DNA from: Eledone cirrhosa
Lineage: Eukaryota
DNA: 64,000 nucleotides
NCBI GenBank assembly: GCA_964016885.1
Contig: OZ024740.1
Location: forward strand, 53,382,001-53,446,000
Direction: 5' to 3'
Part shown: positions 1-12,989 of the stretch, in pieces
Numbering within the stretch: the stretch's first letter is position 1
How the letters are laid out: every line of letters begins with the position of its first letter
Translations under genes and position numbers: made by a program
The notes under the pieces: model-generated
What the model saw: the letters and a program-made list of their open reading frames with translations, nothing else
The model's database searches: none
Told to the model about the DNA's origin: nothing

Positions 1-200
1 ATAAGCTGACACACATAATCAGCGCACAATTTCCTTCCCATTTCCTATATATATAATTGACCATTCTAGTAAAACAAGCTTATTTAGTGAGTATACTTTG
101 TCGAAGAAATCTAGAAATCTACAACAATCAAATTCTCTCCGTTGCTTTCACTAAGTTGGTATTAAAACAAAATTCACTCATACTGTAGTTTATAAGAATA

Positions 201-330
201 TTCTAGACTAAAAGTTCTAAATGGCGGGGGCATATGCCTCGGGGGGCGTTTCGGAGCTCCAGGGGGCGTTTTGGAGCAAGGGGGCGTTAAGGCGGGGGCG
301 CTGGAAGCCCCTTTAGTTTGGTAAGTTTTA
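201..330. mobile_element. Left end of hAT (Charlie-like) MITE with 8-bp TSD TTCTAGAC
   Basis: TTCTAGAC (201-208, NTCTAGAN-type target), then TAAAAGTTCTAAA, which matches the reverse complement of the TIR at 19907-19919 at 10/13 positions. Repeated GGGGGCG subterminal motifs follow. Confidence 0.5.
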
Positions 331-609
331 TAAGTCATATTTGTACGTCTCTTAGACAGCCAGGGTGAATGCATTTGAATGAAGAAAACGAAGAAAATAA
401 ATGAAAGAAGCTTGTCAACGAATTCCCTAGGGAGATAAAAGAAAAACAAAAGAAATCAAGAAAATGAAAATAAGGACAACGTCAACTTTTACAACAGTTG
501 CAAGAACAACTTCAACAGAAATAACAACAAAAAGAAGCAATGGTGGTGAAAGGTGTGGGTGTAAACATACATACAAACATACACACACATGCATACGTAC
601 ATACATAGG

Positions 610-655
<46 letters not shown>

Positions 656-1360
656 CACACACAGGCCGGCGTTAGTGTTTGATTGAGGTTGAGAACCTGG
701 TCAGCTTTCAGCCAGAGCTGTGGTATTTAATCTCCCTAGGTAATAATATCTGCAGACAAAAATGTTCTCCTTACAAAAAGCAAAAAAAAAAAACAACATA
801 AATCATGTCAACATCCTTACACACTTAAATATAAATGCATGTCTATATACAAATGTATAAATGCATAGCTATATACATACGTAAATGTATGTATGTATAT
901 ATGTATGTATGTATGTAGATTTATATATATATAAATCTAGATATATACTTATATAATTGAGATGAGCGGAACAAGCAAACATTAAACAAACTTTAAAATA
1001 AATTAAAATACAATTTAAATAATCACATGTCCAAAATGCTATTACCAACGGTTTCGCTTCACAAAAGATTGGAAATTCAGAGATTTCCAACGGAAAGATC
1101 AGCTCTTCAGATAGCTATTTCCATTCTATAGGACGTAAAGTCTCACAGATTGTAAATATATCTCTTACTGCCCGAAGTATGAGGTCAGGCCGTTAAAGTG
1201 ACCCACACATAAACAGGCCGTTAGTAAAAGTGGGAATATTGTTGTTTGCCACACCACTAAAAATAGCAGCAAGATACAACATTTTTTTCCTCTACACACA
1301 GGGAGAATATACATATATATATATATAAATCTACATATATAAATATATATATATATATAG

Positions 1361-1864
1361 CGGCGATGAATTAGTTTAGCGAGGTTTTTTATATGAAATC
1401 GTGTGTCGAAACAGATATTGCTATACTTGGGGAGGGTCATATTTGCGTAATATTGCCAGAATTAATAACAGAACACACTCACTGTTTGGTTGGTTTTCGC
1501 TTCTCGCTGTCTTTTATATATATATATCTGCGATCTAACTTACTCGGTCCTCAATGTTGCCATTGACTGACCGACGGTCAAAAATAATACAGATACAATA
1601 TAGACACAAACACATATATATAGTTTACATAATTTACATAAATCTTTCGTTGCACATCTGCAACATCGTCAGTGGTGTTATATTCTTTGTTCCTCCTGTT
1701 GTGTTGTATGTCTACGCCATTTTTTATTCAGTCTGACTATATATTTATTTAGATCGCAGATATAAAAGACAGCGAGAAGCGAAAACCAACCAAACAGTGA
1801 GTGTGTTCTGTTATTAATTCTGGCAATATTACGCAAATATGACCCTCCCCAAGTATAGCAATAT
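1361..1864. mobile_element. Non-autonomous fold-back element in (TA)n with degenerate HHR core
   Basis: Arms of about 115 bp (1415-1537 / 1749-1864) are inverted copies. The spacer carries minus-strand CTGACGA-T-GTTGCA-GATG-TGCAAC-GAAA (1645-1672). (TA)n on both sides. Confidence 0.7.
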
Positions 1865-1900
1865 ATATATATATATATATTTATTAAAATAACAGATTAA

Positions 1901-1951
1901 AGTTTAAGCGAAGAATCGCTGCTTTCACCCTTAACGGGATCTTCTGAAACT
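1901..1951 (-). ncRNA. Type I hammerhead-like ribozyme, U4A core variant (family 1 pLTR)
   Basis: AGUUU-CAGAAGA-UCCC GUUAA GGGU-GAAA-GC...GC-UU/AAACU. Stems I, II and III are in register. Further copies at 40873-40924(-), 41364-41413(+), 44953-45001(-), 45003-45053(+), 63817-63867(-), 63873-63923(+). Confidence 0.75.
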
Positions 1952-2885
1952 AACAAAGTCAATCTGTAAACGCAGAACTGGATATTTCAAAAAACGTTGC
2001 AACCGGAGGAAGACAGGAAGACGATACTTTGGTTCGTGGAAACGTTCGCTGGCTAAGAACGGGAAAAAACGAATATAATACGTCATTAATAGGAGCGGTG
2101 AAAAACAATTACGCGCAAAGACAAAACCACGTTTATGGTATAAAAGAGGTCGTAGACTAATGTTCTCTTAGGTGGTGCATAGAGACGTTCTCTGGCAATG
2201 AACCAAAAAAACGAAGATAATACGTCATATGTGGAGCGTGGAGAACAATAGCACGCAAAGACAAAACCACGTAAATGGTATAGCAGAAGTCGTAGACTAA
2301 ATTCTAACTAGGAGACCGAAAGAATCTCCGATACAGAGTGAAGAACAAAGTAAATAAATACAATACAGAAGTAATAGAAATAAATAAATACATACACGCA
2401 AACAAATACGTACATACACAAGCATACGCAAAAACTTACCATAGGTAAACAAAACCACGCACATATAAATATGTGTGTGTGTGTAAGCGTGTATACAAAT
2501 AAATAAATAATTATATAAACGTATATAAATAAATAAATACGTATATAACAAGCGCACACACATACCTACATGTAAATACACGAATGTTCGGAGACGTAAG
2601 TCAACCAAAACATGAAGTACACATAACACACGCCCTACATACGTACGAACTTGCATACTCACACAGACGCAAAACTCCCGTATACACATAGCCGAACCAT
2701 ATGTACCAGAATATATAAAAAAATTATATTATACGCCATAACAATCAAATATACGTACGAGAAGGTATACGTACCTTCACAAAACATACGGATAATATAT
2801 ACTTACCTATGCAAATAAGTAAAGGTATAAACAAAACATACTTAGCTCCCACATCGAGACGTAAAATATCCACGTATAGATCGTA

Positions 2886-4040
2886 CTATCCGTTAGGGTA
2901 TAACGTGGGGCTGTAATACAGGAAAGTTTTGTGCAATTTATGTTTACAAGCCGAAATTGCCTCAGATATTTTGTTTAAGATGTGGTCTGTGGCGTAGAGT
3001 ATTTCCAGGGCCTCAGCGGCGCAGAGGTCACATGGTCTTTTATTTCCGTTATACGATCTAGCCCTAGCTAGGATCTCCCAGTGTAACTTATATTGGGTGT
3101 GGTTGTCTTTTAGACTCCAGATATAAGCTGAAAGTGACGTCATATTCCTTCTTAGAGGGTAACGAAAAGAATGGGTATGCATGTAAAGACGCTGCTTGAA
3201 TCTATTGGAAGTCAACCCTATGTAGGCCCTACGGGACGTGGGTGTTATAACCTTACATTTGTAGACAATGTTACTAGAGAGGCATTTCCCGGATAGGGGG
3301 CAATCAACCCGATTCCTACAATTACAGTTAGTAGTAACTACAGGGTTGCACGTGTTCCTACGGCTAGGTAGTTTAGCTAAATTTGAAGCTGTGATGTTAT
3401 GTGCAAGGTTAGGAGTCGTAGAGTAAGAAATTTTAATAGTATTTCTATTAAAAATTTTACTATATTTATGTGTAGGGGGAAAATGCATCGTAATAAGGGA
3501 AAGAAAGATCTTAGCTAATGGTGTGGCCACCTCCATATTATATGGTGGGTTATATCAACAAATGCGACGGGATCTATTTCTTCTAGGTCTATTTTCGTAC
3601 TCTGTATATGCTACCTTATCGACAAATCCACTTTGAGCAAGAGCTTCATTGTAATAAGTGGAATGGTCGTTGAAAATACGCTCGTTGGTGGAAAGACGGG
3701 AAAGCCTCAACGAAACGTTTCTTACCAGGTTCTTGGTTATGCTGGCAGGATGGTTGGAATGCTTACTTATGTAATTAAGCGTATCATTCGGCTTTCTATA
3801 CGGGTAATACAACCCATTCAATAAGTTGAGGGTAACGTCGAGGTAATTAACGACCGAGAGATTGGCATCAACCTGTATAGAGAGGTTGAAGCCTTTAAAG
3901 AAGGCTGTGAGCTCTTTTCTGAACCTGTCGCAAGCACGAGGTCCGCACTTAGTCATGGTCAAAAGACCATCGTCACGGTACAAACCACCGCCCGCGTTGG
4001 GGAATTCGTCCTTGATAGAGAAAAGAAGGAAAAAGCCGAT
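2886..4040 (-). pseudogene. Penelope RT C-terminus + GIY-YIG endonuclease, one in-frame TGA
   Basis: Motifs GGLYRDDGL, VNYLDVTLNL, SNHP, C*YNPP (TGA at 3555-3557 where Trp is conserved), CNCRNRVDCPLSGKC, IVYKC...YIGLT, CDLCAAE. Confidence 0.9.
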
Positions 4041-4539
4041 AGTTAGAATTTAGTCTACGACTTCTGCTATACCATTTACGTGGTTTTGTCTTTGCGTGCT
4101 ATTGTTCTCCACGCTCCACATATGACGCATTATCTTCGTTTTTTTCGTTCATTGCCAGAGAACGTCTCTATGAACCACCTAAGAGAACATTAGTCTACGA
4201 ACTCTTTTATACCATAAACGTGGTTTTGTCTTTGCGCGTAATTGTTTTTCACCGCTCCTATTAATGACGTATTATATTCGTTTTTTCCCGTTAGGTGAAA
4301 GCAGCGATTCTTTGCTTAAACTTTAATCTGTTATTTTAATAAATATTTGCTCTACGGTTCCTATATATTTGATATATATTCATCCTTATCGAGCCCTCTT
4401 TGGATTTTAGTCTTCAAATTTATTATTATTACTATATATATATATATATATATAAATCTACATACATAAGTTTACGTATGTATATAGCTATGCATTTATA
4501 CATTTGTATATATACTTGCATTTATATTTAAGTGTGTAA

Positions 4540-4625
<86 letters not shown>

Positions 4626-4670
4626 CAGGAAAGAAGGTTTACATGGTTTGCTATACAAAAAAGTTTTTAA

Positions 4671-4789
4671 TCACATAGCTTACATTTGTTTCACTGAACT
4701 GGTCTGTCTAGAGATCGCTATCCGCCTAATTTTGCGTCACTCGATCGCCAATACAGAATTATAACCAGTCAGATCTTCGGAGCATGCGA
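4671..4789 (-). ncRNA. Type I hammerhead, U4C core, extended stem II (3' pLTR)
   Basis: UCGCAUGCU-CCGAAGA-UCUGACUGGU-[60 nt]-ACCAGUUCAGU-GAAA-CAAAUG-UA/AGCUAUGUGA. Confidence 0.8.
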
Positions 4790-5142
4790 GAATGAAGAAA
4801 ATACACAGGCAAGAAAATAAAATAAAATATGGAGTAGTTATGGCATTCAATTAGAACAATAACAACAACAATTATTACAACAATGCTATCAATAAACTAT
4901 TTAAGGAGACCCTGACATTACTTAGGTGGGGGGTATATAATGTATCTAATGTTACGGCGTGAAAATCAGCTGTCATAAGGCAAAAAGTATCGTAGTGTGT
5001 ATCAATTTTAAATTATAAAGATAAGCTAGTTTTTACAGTCTTTCTCTTCATCTTCAACAGTATACATGAGTGGGACCACTGTCAAAGCTCAATAGTTGTA
5101 GAGTTAATACAGAGGTTAACGAATTAATATACGCATATATCT

Positions 5143-5237
<95 letters not shown>

Positions 5238-5565
5238 AATATATATACACATATATGTGTACATAGACACATACATACACATCAATATACACTCGTACAA
5301 AAATATACATACATGCAAAGAGAAAAGCGTGCTAATTGTAGCTATGGCAAAAAGAAGGTAAAGTAACATTGTAGTAGTGAAATGAGAAAAACTAGGATCT
5401 AGGATCAAATGATTGCAGCAGCTGAGAAGGAGTAAGATTGTTGGTAGATGAGGTATTTACAGACAATTGTGTGGTATAGACTTGTGAAGGAAATAGTATA
5501 CTTAATGAATATATTTCTGTGGGTAGTAGGTATCCTAATTTAAAGCTATGTTATGTTGGTTCGAT

Positions 5566-7950
5566 TCACGGAGGTTTGAATCTTATGAATTTAGTGGCTA
5601 TTCTATGTCTGCAGAAGATAGATCTTTCTAACTTATTATTAAGTAGCCTTTTAACATTTCTAAGGATATACAATAGCTCAAGATCACACAGCCCGCAATA
5701 GGACATCCCTGTACTATAGGTTTTAGCAGCCGACAACTTCGACCAGTTGATAGTGTAGCTAGCGTTGCTGTCCTTCAATTCCCATATTTTTCTGGCGAGG
5801 GTGGTGGAACCCATAAGTGCTCGGTTTTTCATTGAGTGCCTGTGCACATACCATCTTTTCTTAAAAGAACCCGCGGTGGATCCTATGTAATTCCAGGTGG
5901 AGTTACCCGAGATGACAGTGCACATGTACACCAGGCTCGAATCGAGACATCTGTTCGCCAATGGGCACCTATCTGGGAGGTGACAGTTGCAGTTTGAGGC
6001 GCTATTTTGTGCAGCTTTTACATTCCTATTTAGTACCCTGTTATAAGTGGGTTGTGATATATGCCCAATGGGGTTTTGCTGCTGCGCGTTTGTATGCGCT
6101 TGTGGTTGTGATGTTGTGATGAGTTTGTGCTTATGTATAGGTGCAATTGATTTACTTGAGATATTTCTGTGGTTGATCTTGCGTATGTGTGATTCTATGT
6201 TAGCTGCTGTTGAGAAAGAGAGTTTTATAGTAGATCTATTGAGTATTTTGTGATATCTATGCGAGATAGGGAAGTGTTTATCTATTAGTTTAAAGAATGT
6301 AGAGGGCAGTCTAGTTTTTATAGAGGAGTTGAATATTGGGTTGAACCATAGGTATTTTCTTTGTCTGTTTCTTCTATTGTTTCTAGGGTTTACGTTATTA
6401 GTGTTTTGGCCGTTTACTCTAGGTGTTACATGTCTAACTCTATGTCTAGTCAAGCTATTCCTATTATTATGTGAGCGGTTGGAGTAGAAATTACTAGGAT
6501 TGTTTACGTTGTCCTTATTCACTATATACTGTAGTTTATCTTTATGACCGGCCCTACTTAATGCTGCATTATAATAGTCAGCATGCTTGTTAAAGATGTC
6601 TAGGTTTGAGGATAGGCGGGATATTCGGAGGGATATACTACGTGCTATGGATTTAATTATGGATTTGGGGTGATTTGAGTTGTAACTAATGTAGGCAAGA
6701 TTTTCATTATTTTTGTGGAAAGGTTCTATTAATCCAGTATTTAGATTTAGAGTTACATCTAAAAAATTTACCTTCTTATGGTTTAGTTCGTAGGTAATAC
6801 TTAGGCCTAGTTTTTTGAAGAATATTCTAATATTTTTCCTTAGTCTTTCCATGCTCTGGTTGTTTAGGTTCCTAGCTATAAGTAACGTGTCGTCCCTATA
6901 AATTCCTCCTTGGAGGTTACTGAATTCCTTATGTAGGTTGTGTGCTATGAATAGCCCCACGATATCTGTAATTTGCGCAGAATCATTTGATCCCATTGTA
7001 ATATCGAAGCTATTTATTCTATCCTTTCTTACCCAGTAGTTATTTTCAAATTTTACGATAGTCCTTCTAGCCGCTATTATTATTTCAATTTCATCATGGG
7101 TAAGATCAGAGTTATTTTGGGCAAATATAAGCGCCTTATCTAGGGTAGCTGGGGATATGGATGCATAATAGTCGTCTATATCAAATTGTATGAAGTTACA
7201 CGTCTCGCTATTTTGTATTTTATTGAACCATTTAATTGCCTCGTTAGTGTTGCCCCATAAATTGATTTCTAGTTTACCCTTTATTTGTGCGATTACCCTA
7301 TCTAGAATGTTTTTGCTAATTTTACCTATGTCTGACTTGGATGGGCATATTAATCTAATGGTGGGATTAGTTTCAAAGTTATTTTTGTGATCTTTCAGGT
7401 TAAATGTAGGGTTGCACGGGGTAAGCGGTTCGGTCCTATCTGAAATTCCGAGTTTATTAACTATCTTGAGGCCCTCCAAGTTTATGCTGGTAAGTGTAGA
7501 TTCATTAGTTTTTTTATATTTTTTATGTAGTTCACGCTGAATAAAGTTATTGTATGTGTTAATGTCCATAGAGTATACGTTTGATGTTTTGTCTGCTTTT
7601 ACTATGATACCGTTAGTGTCTTTTAGTTTTTTAAGTAATGTATTTAAGTCATTTTGCAATTTGTTGTGATTTGTTCTTTTTTAAAATTTAGTTTCACTTA
7701 TCATGTTCATAAGGTCCAGCTCGAAGGCATCGAGTGCGGGGTTGTTTGGCGGGTTTTTGCAGGATTTAAACCCGTAATTCTCCTTGGAAAATTCCCTTCT
7801 GTTGGTATTCGGTCCCTTATCGAAATGGTAAGCTTTCCATCGGACCCTGCGGATGAAATCATTAGTCCGTCGTATCATGCCCAGTGTATAGTCCTTTTTT
7901 GTAGGTACAGGTATGTTTTTTAGTGACATACCTATACAGTGCTTCTCCAT
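5566..7950 (-). pseudogene. Penelope/Naiad RT + GIY-YIG polyprotein (about 794 codons) broken by one in-frame TAA
   Basis: ORFs 7681-7950 and 5566-7659 share a frame, with TAA at 7681-7683. Motifs SLKNIP, ADKT, LKDHK, QFDI..YYASI, ITMGS, IYRDD, WFNP, CNC..CPL..C, LVY..YIGST, CGLC..E. Confidence 0.95.
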
Positions 7951-8220
7951 GTTGTTGCCGTGCGTTAATGGTGTTGCTCGACCAGGTGGGAGCTAAATAT
8001 ACGGATTAACAAATAATAGTTAAATGCAGTCCACTTAGGTGAAGTCCAGTTATGGTATTCCAGGTAGTGGATGATATTAACGCTTGGCTTGGTTTGACTC
8101 AACAAGGCGTTTTCATAGTGATGCTGCGGGTATGCTGTAATTCCTATGTTGTAAACACTTGGAGTAATAATAAATCAGGAAAGAAGGTTTACATGGTTTG
8201 CTATACAAAAAAGTTTTTAA

Positions 8221-8339
8221 TCACATAGCTTACATTTGTTTCACTGAACTGGTCTGTCTAGAGATCGCTATCCGCCTAATTTTGCGTCACTCGATCGCCA
8301 ATACAGAATTATAACCAGTCAGATCTTCGGAGCATGCGA
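8221..8339 (-). ncRNA. Type I hammerhead, U4C core (5' pLTR copy)
   Basis: Same sequence as 4671-4789. Confidence 0.8.
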
Positions 8340-8685
8340 GAATGACTGGTTATAATTCTGTATTGGCGATCGAGTGACGCAAAATTAGGCGGATAGCGAT
8401 CTCTAGACAGACCAGTTCAGTGAAACAAATGTAAGCTATGTGATTAAAAACTTTTTTGTATAGCAAACCATGTAAACCTTCTTTCCTGATTTATTATTAC
8501 TCCAAGTGTTTACAACATAGGAATTACAACATACCCGCAGCATCACTATGAAAACGCCTTGTTGAGTCAAACCAAACCAAGCGTTAATATCATCCACTAC
8601 CTGGAATACCATAACTGGACTTCACCTAAGTGGACTGCATTTAACTATTATTTGTTAATCCGTATATATATATATATATATATAC

Positions 8686-8816
8686 GCAGTGTGACAAGAA
8701 GCTTGCATCCCGACCACATATTTCCGGGTTCAGTCCCACTGCCCGGGCCGACTAAAGCCCTGTGAGTGGATTTGATAGACCGAAACTAAAAGAAGCCCGT
8801 CGTATAAATGTATATA
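8686..8816 (+). mobile_element. tRNA-derived SINE (octopod-type), internally deleted
   Basis: B-box-like GGGTTCAGTCCC. The 3' part GCCCTGTGAGTGGATTTG...AAGAAGCCCGTCGTATA recurs in degenerate form at about 46885-47035. Confidence 0.6.
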
Positions 8817-8968
8817 TGTCTCTGTATGTCTTTGCATTTGTGTTTGCCCTCACACCAATGCTTGTTGGTTTGTTGACGTCCCCATAGCTTACTAAAGTGA
8901 TGCTCCAGCATGGGCGTAGTCCAGAGACAGAAAAAAATTAAAGTATATATGTGTGTGTGTGTGTAGAA

Positions 8969-9373
8969 GAGGGGTCTCAAACTCAAGGACACAACAGGGC
9001 CATTACGTCCTGGAGGAGAGGCACATTGGGCCAAAACGTGGTGGTGGGTGAAGATTTTCCCCAGTTGTAATCATTTCTACTATAGGGACAAGGTATGAAA
9101 TTTGGGGTTTAGGGTTCAGCCAATTACACCGATCCTAGTACACAACTGGTACTTAATTCATTGACCTCAAAAGGATGAAAGGCAAAGTTGAGATCAGCGG
9201 AATTTGACCTCAGAACGTAAAAACGGAAGAAGTATCGTTAAGCATTTCTCCAGATGTGCTAACGATTCCACCAGCTCACCGCCTTATTTTCACCAGTTAT
9301 AATGCAATATGAAATATTAGTTCTACCACGGGATACAGAAAAGTAGTTCGCGGGCCGCATGTTTGACCCCCTG
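8969..9373. mobile_element. hAT-type MITE containing a minus-strand SINE (about 9060-9285)
   Basis: GAGGGGTCTCAAAC...GCGGGCCGCATGTTTGACCCCCTG inverted termini. Internal AGGATGAAAGGCAAAGTT..ATTTGACCTCAG matches the SINE family at 45175. Confidence 0.55.
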
Positions 9374-9635
9374 TTGGAGATAGATATATTTCTTTATTTG
9401 CCACAAGGGCGCACAAGAAAAGGGGACAATACAAAGACACATGCCGGGGATTTTACATACAGTCGTGTAAAAAAAATATATATATAAAACAAACAAATAA
9501 TTATACCAATCGAAATCCCAAATAAGGGGGAGAAGCCACAAATGGGTTGTTTAATACCCCGTCGATAGAACAACCCTCAACTTCAGGAGCGTGTTGTGCA
9601 AGTTCTCCTTTCTTCCTTTTGCTCTCGTCTTTAAC

Positions 9636-12610
9636 CTACAGGCTTATAAACAGAGAAGGCCCAATCACTCGGGCCATTTTCACTTCATTCACCCACCCTT
9701 TCAGTAAATTTACTGGGATGCAGTACCTCTCTCCCCACTCTGATTCTTCTTCTAAAGTGATACTTAAAGAAGGGAATCAATTGTTGTCCGGAGAGAAAGG
9801 CATCTGTCCTCAGTCCTCTCAATCTCGTCCACCATATAACCTCTTTCACCATAACCACTGTACAGAGGAAATCCGCCTCTCTTTCGTTTTTGAAAGAGGC
9901 TGGCGGTTTGATCCTTACTATGGACTCGGCAGTCAACTGGATTTGTCCCATACGCGACAGCAGTTGCGTGCAAGACGGTTTCAATGTCCTGCTCGCGTCT
10001 TGGACATGTCCTCTTCGAAGGATCCCTGCCGGAGCGTCCGTGCCTGTAGATCTTATCTCGAACGGGTACAGCTGCTGGGTAGCACTGGCAGGCCAGGGAC
10101 CTCTGGAAGTTGTCCATAGGTCCCGGGAGGAAAGTCCTACCGAACAGACTGGTGAGCTCGTCGTCCTCGACGCCTAGAGTCTCCCCGAGCACGTCGTCGC
10201 ACTTGTAAAGTACTAACCCTCTATAGAATGTCGAAGTGGAGTCTCCACTGATTGCTGTGCCCGCTTGACAGAGGACCGTGATCGCCTGGGAGCATTCAAT
10301 GTGCCAGGCGCCCATCTTCTTCGGTCTTCACTTGACCCAGGACTGCAGCTCCGTCAGCGAGACAAGTTGTGGGAAGGCCTGTCTCACAAACGGTGCCCAC
10401 ACCGGTTGGTCGGTGAGGAATACCTGTAGATGCCGTAGCCTCAGCGCATGTTTGCGCATCATTAGCCACGGCATGCCCAGCCCTCCATTGGAAGGGTATT
10501 GACAGAAGACGGATCTCCTCACCAGTGGAGCCTGCTTCTTCCACAGGAACTGGAAGAGAATGCGTTCCATCTTGGTGAGGTATTCACGGGGACAAGGCAT
10601 GACAGTCAAGCGGTAATAGATGACGGACGCTATGAAAGTGTTCACGACCTCCGCTCGACCTTTCAAAGACAGTTTGCACTCTGCCCACTTCTGGGTGAAC
10701 GCAAATACCTTGGCCATTACCTCGTTCCAGTTTTTCTCCACCTAGAGGTTTTGACCGAATCAGACCCCGAGCAATTTCACCGGTCCTTCCGTCCAGCATC
10801 CGACGAAGCTGTCGGACGGCATCGGTTTGCCTCTCCACGTTCCGAGCTGCAAACCGACAGATTTGTCCGAGTTCAGCTTTGCTCCTGTAAACCTTTCGTA
10901 TTCATGTAGTAGGTTGCTGATTACCTCGATTTTCGAGGTTTTCGACACCATTACAGTCACGTCGTCGACATAAGCCGACGCCGCTTTTCGCATTCCCGGT
11001 TCTAAAGGGATGCCCTGCAAAAGCTCCAACTTCCGCAGTAGTGGATCTAGAGTCAATACGTACAGAATGGAGGAGAGAGGGCATCCCTGTCGAATGGAAC
11101 GCGTGATTGCGAACGGCTCCGATAAGTAGCCGTTCACCTTTACCTTCGAGCAGATGCTGGTGTGCATCGCCTTTATCCAGCCTCTGAAAACGGGACCGAA
11201 ACCGGCCACCTTGAGAACCGCTTCCAAGTATCGATGGTCAACTCTATCGAATGCCTTAAACTGATCTAAATTGATCAGAACTCCACCGAAGCCGGGTTTA
11301 CACCCACCCTCTCTATGATGTATCGCATGAGATGGAGGTTGTCGTGTATGGACCTGGTCAGGATTGCACACGTTTGCGCTTTCCCTACCAGGTTTTCGAC
11401 GACAAGCTAGCACCTTGGCCAAAATCTTTAACTCTGTGTTGAGTAGAGTTATGGGCCTGAAATTGTTTATTTCGTTCCCCTTGTTCTTGTCTTTCCTGAT
11501 CAGCGTTACTACGCCCTTGCCAGCAGAACTGGGAATTGGCCCGTTCTGCTGCCAATTGCAGTAGACGGCTTCAGGGACGCCAAAGAACAACTCCGGCATG
11601 CCTATGTAAAACTCATAGTGTAAACCATCTAGACCGGGTGATTTGCGTTGCCCGCAGCGGCCCAGAGCGTCCCATATCTCAGTGGCTGTGATCGGTCTTT
11701 CGCAGAACTCGACATCCATGCTCGTGAGACGCGGTAGGCCGTCGAGGTATGAACCAAAGTCCATTGCACCGTTCGGTGCACTGTCGTTCTGCTCAAACAG
11801 TTGCGCAAAGTGCCGCTGAAAGGCCTCATACATCTTCCTGGGGTCAAGTAGCACGCGTCCGTTTTGGTCTTTCAAAGACCGAATCGTGGACTTGTTGCCA
11901 CCTTTCGCTTCCGCCACTCGGGCCCAGCTAACAGCTTTTGCTCCCTCGTTTCCTAGAGCACGTGATTTACTTCTGACCACGCAGCCTTCGTGTTTCGCGT
12001 CGAAGAACTGGCCCAGTGTCGTTCTCGATGCTAGCACTCTAGCCGCGTTGCCACTCCGGGTCCGTGTCTATGTATTCTATCACGGTTGACTATGCAGACG
12101 ACTAGCTTGTGATCTGAATAGGCAACCATGTATATTTGTGGACAGCTTAACATCTTCTTGTCCTTTTCTCTAATGAAAAACCTATCTAGATACGATCTAA
12201 ATGTCCCGCTGTAGTTTGCCCAGAAAAGACTCCAGACGCTTAAAGCAGTCTGGCCGCGATTGTGATTGCCCGGTTGGGGCATAAACGCTCACCAGTCTGA
12301 CCGCTCCACATCCAATACTGTTCACGTCTAGGACCACCAGTCTACCCTCCGTGTCCAAGTGTACTTGCTGTACTTCGAGATCCAGGTTTTTCCGAAACAT
12401 GACAGTCACTCCCCCGCCACCTCCCGGCTGACAGAGAGATGCGTAGATCTCAAAGTCATTGAAGATGGGGGTTAGTTGCTGCCTGTTGTGGATTCTGGAC
12501 TCAGTGATGGCTATTACATCTATACCGTGTGACCTAAGGTCGCTTAAAAGTTGGCCCTGTTTCCAGGGCATCCCTAGGCCACGGACATTCACGCTTCCAA
12601 CTCGTAAGTC
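9636..12610 (-). pseudogene. L1/Tx1 ORF2: APE endonuclease, reverse transcriptase, C-terminal zinc region (frameshifted)
   Basis: NVRGL, ITES, VYAP, SYLDR, SDHK (APE); KSPGLDG, FRPITLLN, LDQ.KAFDRVDH, IRQGCPLS, YVDD (RT); LSLKGRAEV, GGLGMP, CPR..ET..H. Confidence 0.92.
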
Positions 12611-12989
12611 AGCCGTGTTGGTGGAGAAGAGTTGGCAAAAAGGACGAAAAGGTGCACTTACCTTTTCGTTTCCTGGAGATCGGGTTGTTCAATCTCCATT
12701 TCAGTTCTGGTGAGGGTGTTGAGTGGGGTAGGGAAACATTTCAACAGGACACGGTTTATTGGTTTTTGGCAGGGGTTGCCAACGTCCTGTGAAAACTTTT
12801 CTTTCAATGTCTGATAGGTCTCTATCGACACCCTTATTAGTTTTAGGTGTGGTTGAGAGTTTGCTTTTACAAAAGTTTTCCCCTCAGTTTCTACTTTGGG
12901 GTCTTGGGAGATGACCTCCATTAGGTTTTTGCTGTTTGTGTTAATGTATGTGTATTGTTGTTTTTTTTTTTTGTTATGTTGTTTTGGTT

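Larger units (their letters stand above)
1881..4432 (-). mobile_element. 5'-truncated Penelope-like element (Naiad-type), family 1, with inverted pLTR segment
   Basis: RT and GIY-YIG coding remnant at 2886-4040. Segment 4041-4432 is an inverted, internally deleted copy of the 3' terminal region 1881-2310. (TA)n flanks. Confidence 0.9.
812..4545. repeat. Inverted-repeat pair (about 812-930 / 4441-4545) enclosing younger insertions
   Basis: ATCCTTACACACTTAAATATAAATGCA...ATGCATAGCTATATACATACGTAAA is the reverse complement of TTTACGTATGTATATAGCTATGCAT...TGCATTTATATTTAAGTGTGTAAGGAT. Confidence 0.85.
4621..8665 (-). mobile_element. Near full-length Penelope-like element (Naiad-type), family 2
   Basis: Direct pLTRs at 4621-4795 and 8171-8345. 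Inverted 5' copy at 8343-8665 of about 7998-8321. One long ORF. (TA)n on both sides. Confidence 0.95.

Noticed and set aside
1356-1425. TATAGC-GGCGATGA...GAAACAGATATT-GCTATA as a hammerhead
   Set aside because: The core is not CUGANGA, stem III does not close, and part of stem I comes from the TA tract.
3555-3557. In-frame TGA in a Naiad-type ORF as possible selenocysteine (some Naiads are reported to encode selenoproteins)
   Set aside because: It aligns to the conserved Trp of W(F/Y)NP in the other two elements, so TGG>TGA is simpler. All zinc-motif cysteines are ordinary Cys, and no SECIS was recognised.
9547-10909. Plus-strand ORFs over the Tx1 element (similarly antisense ORFs at 24-25 kb and 43-44 kb)
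   Set aside because: Antisense shadows of GC-richer retroelement coding sequence with no motifs.
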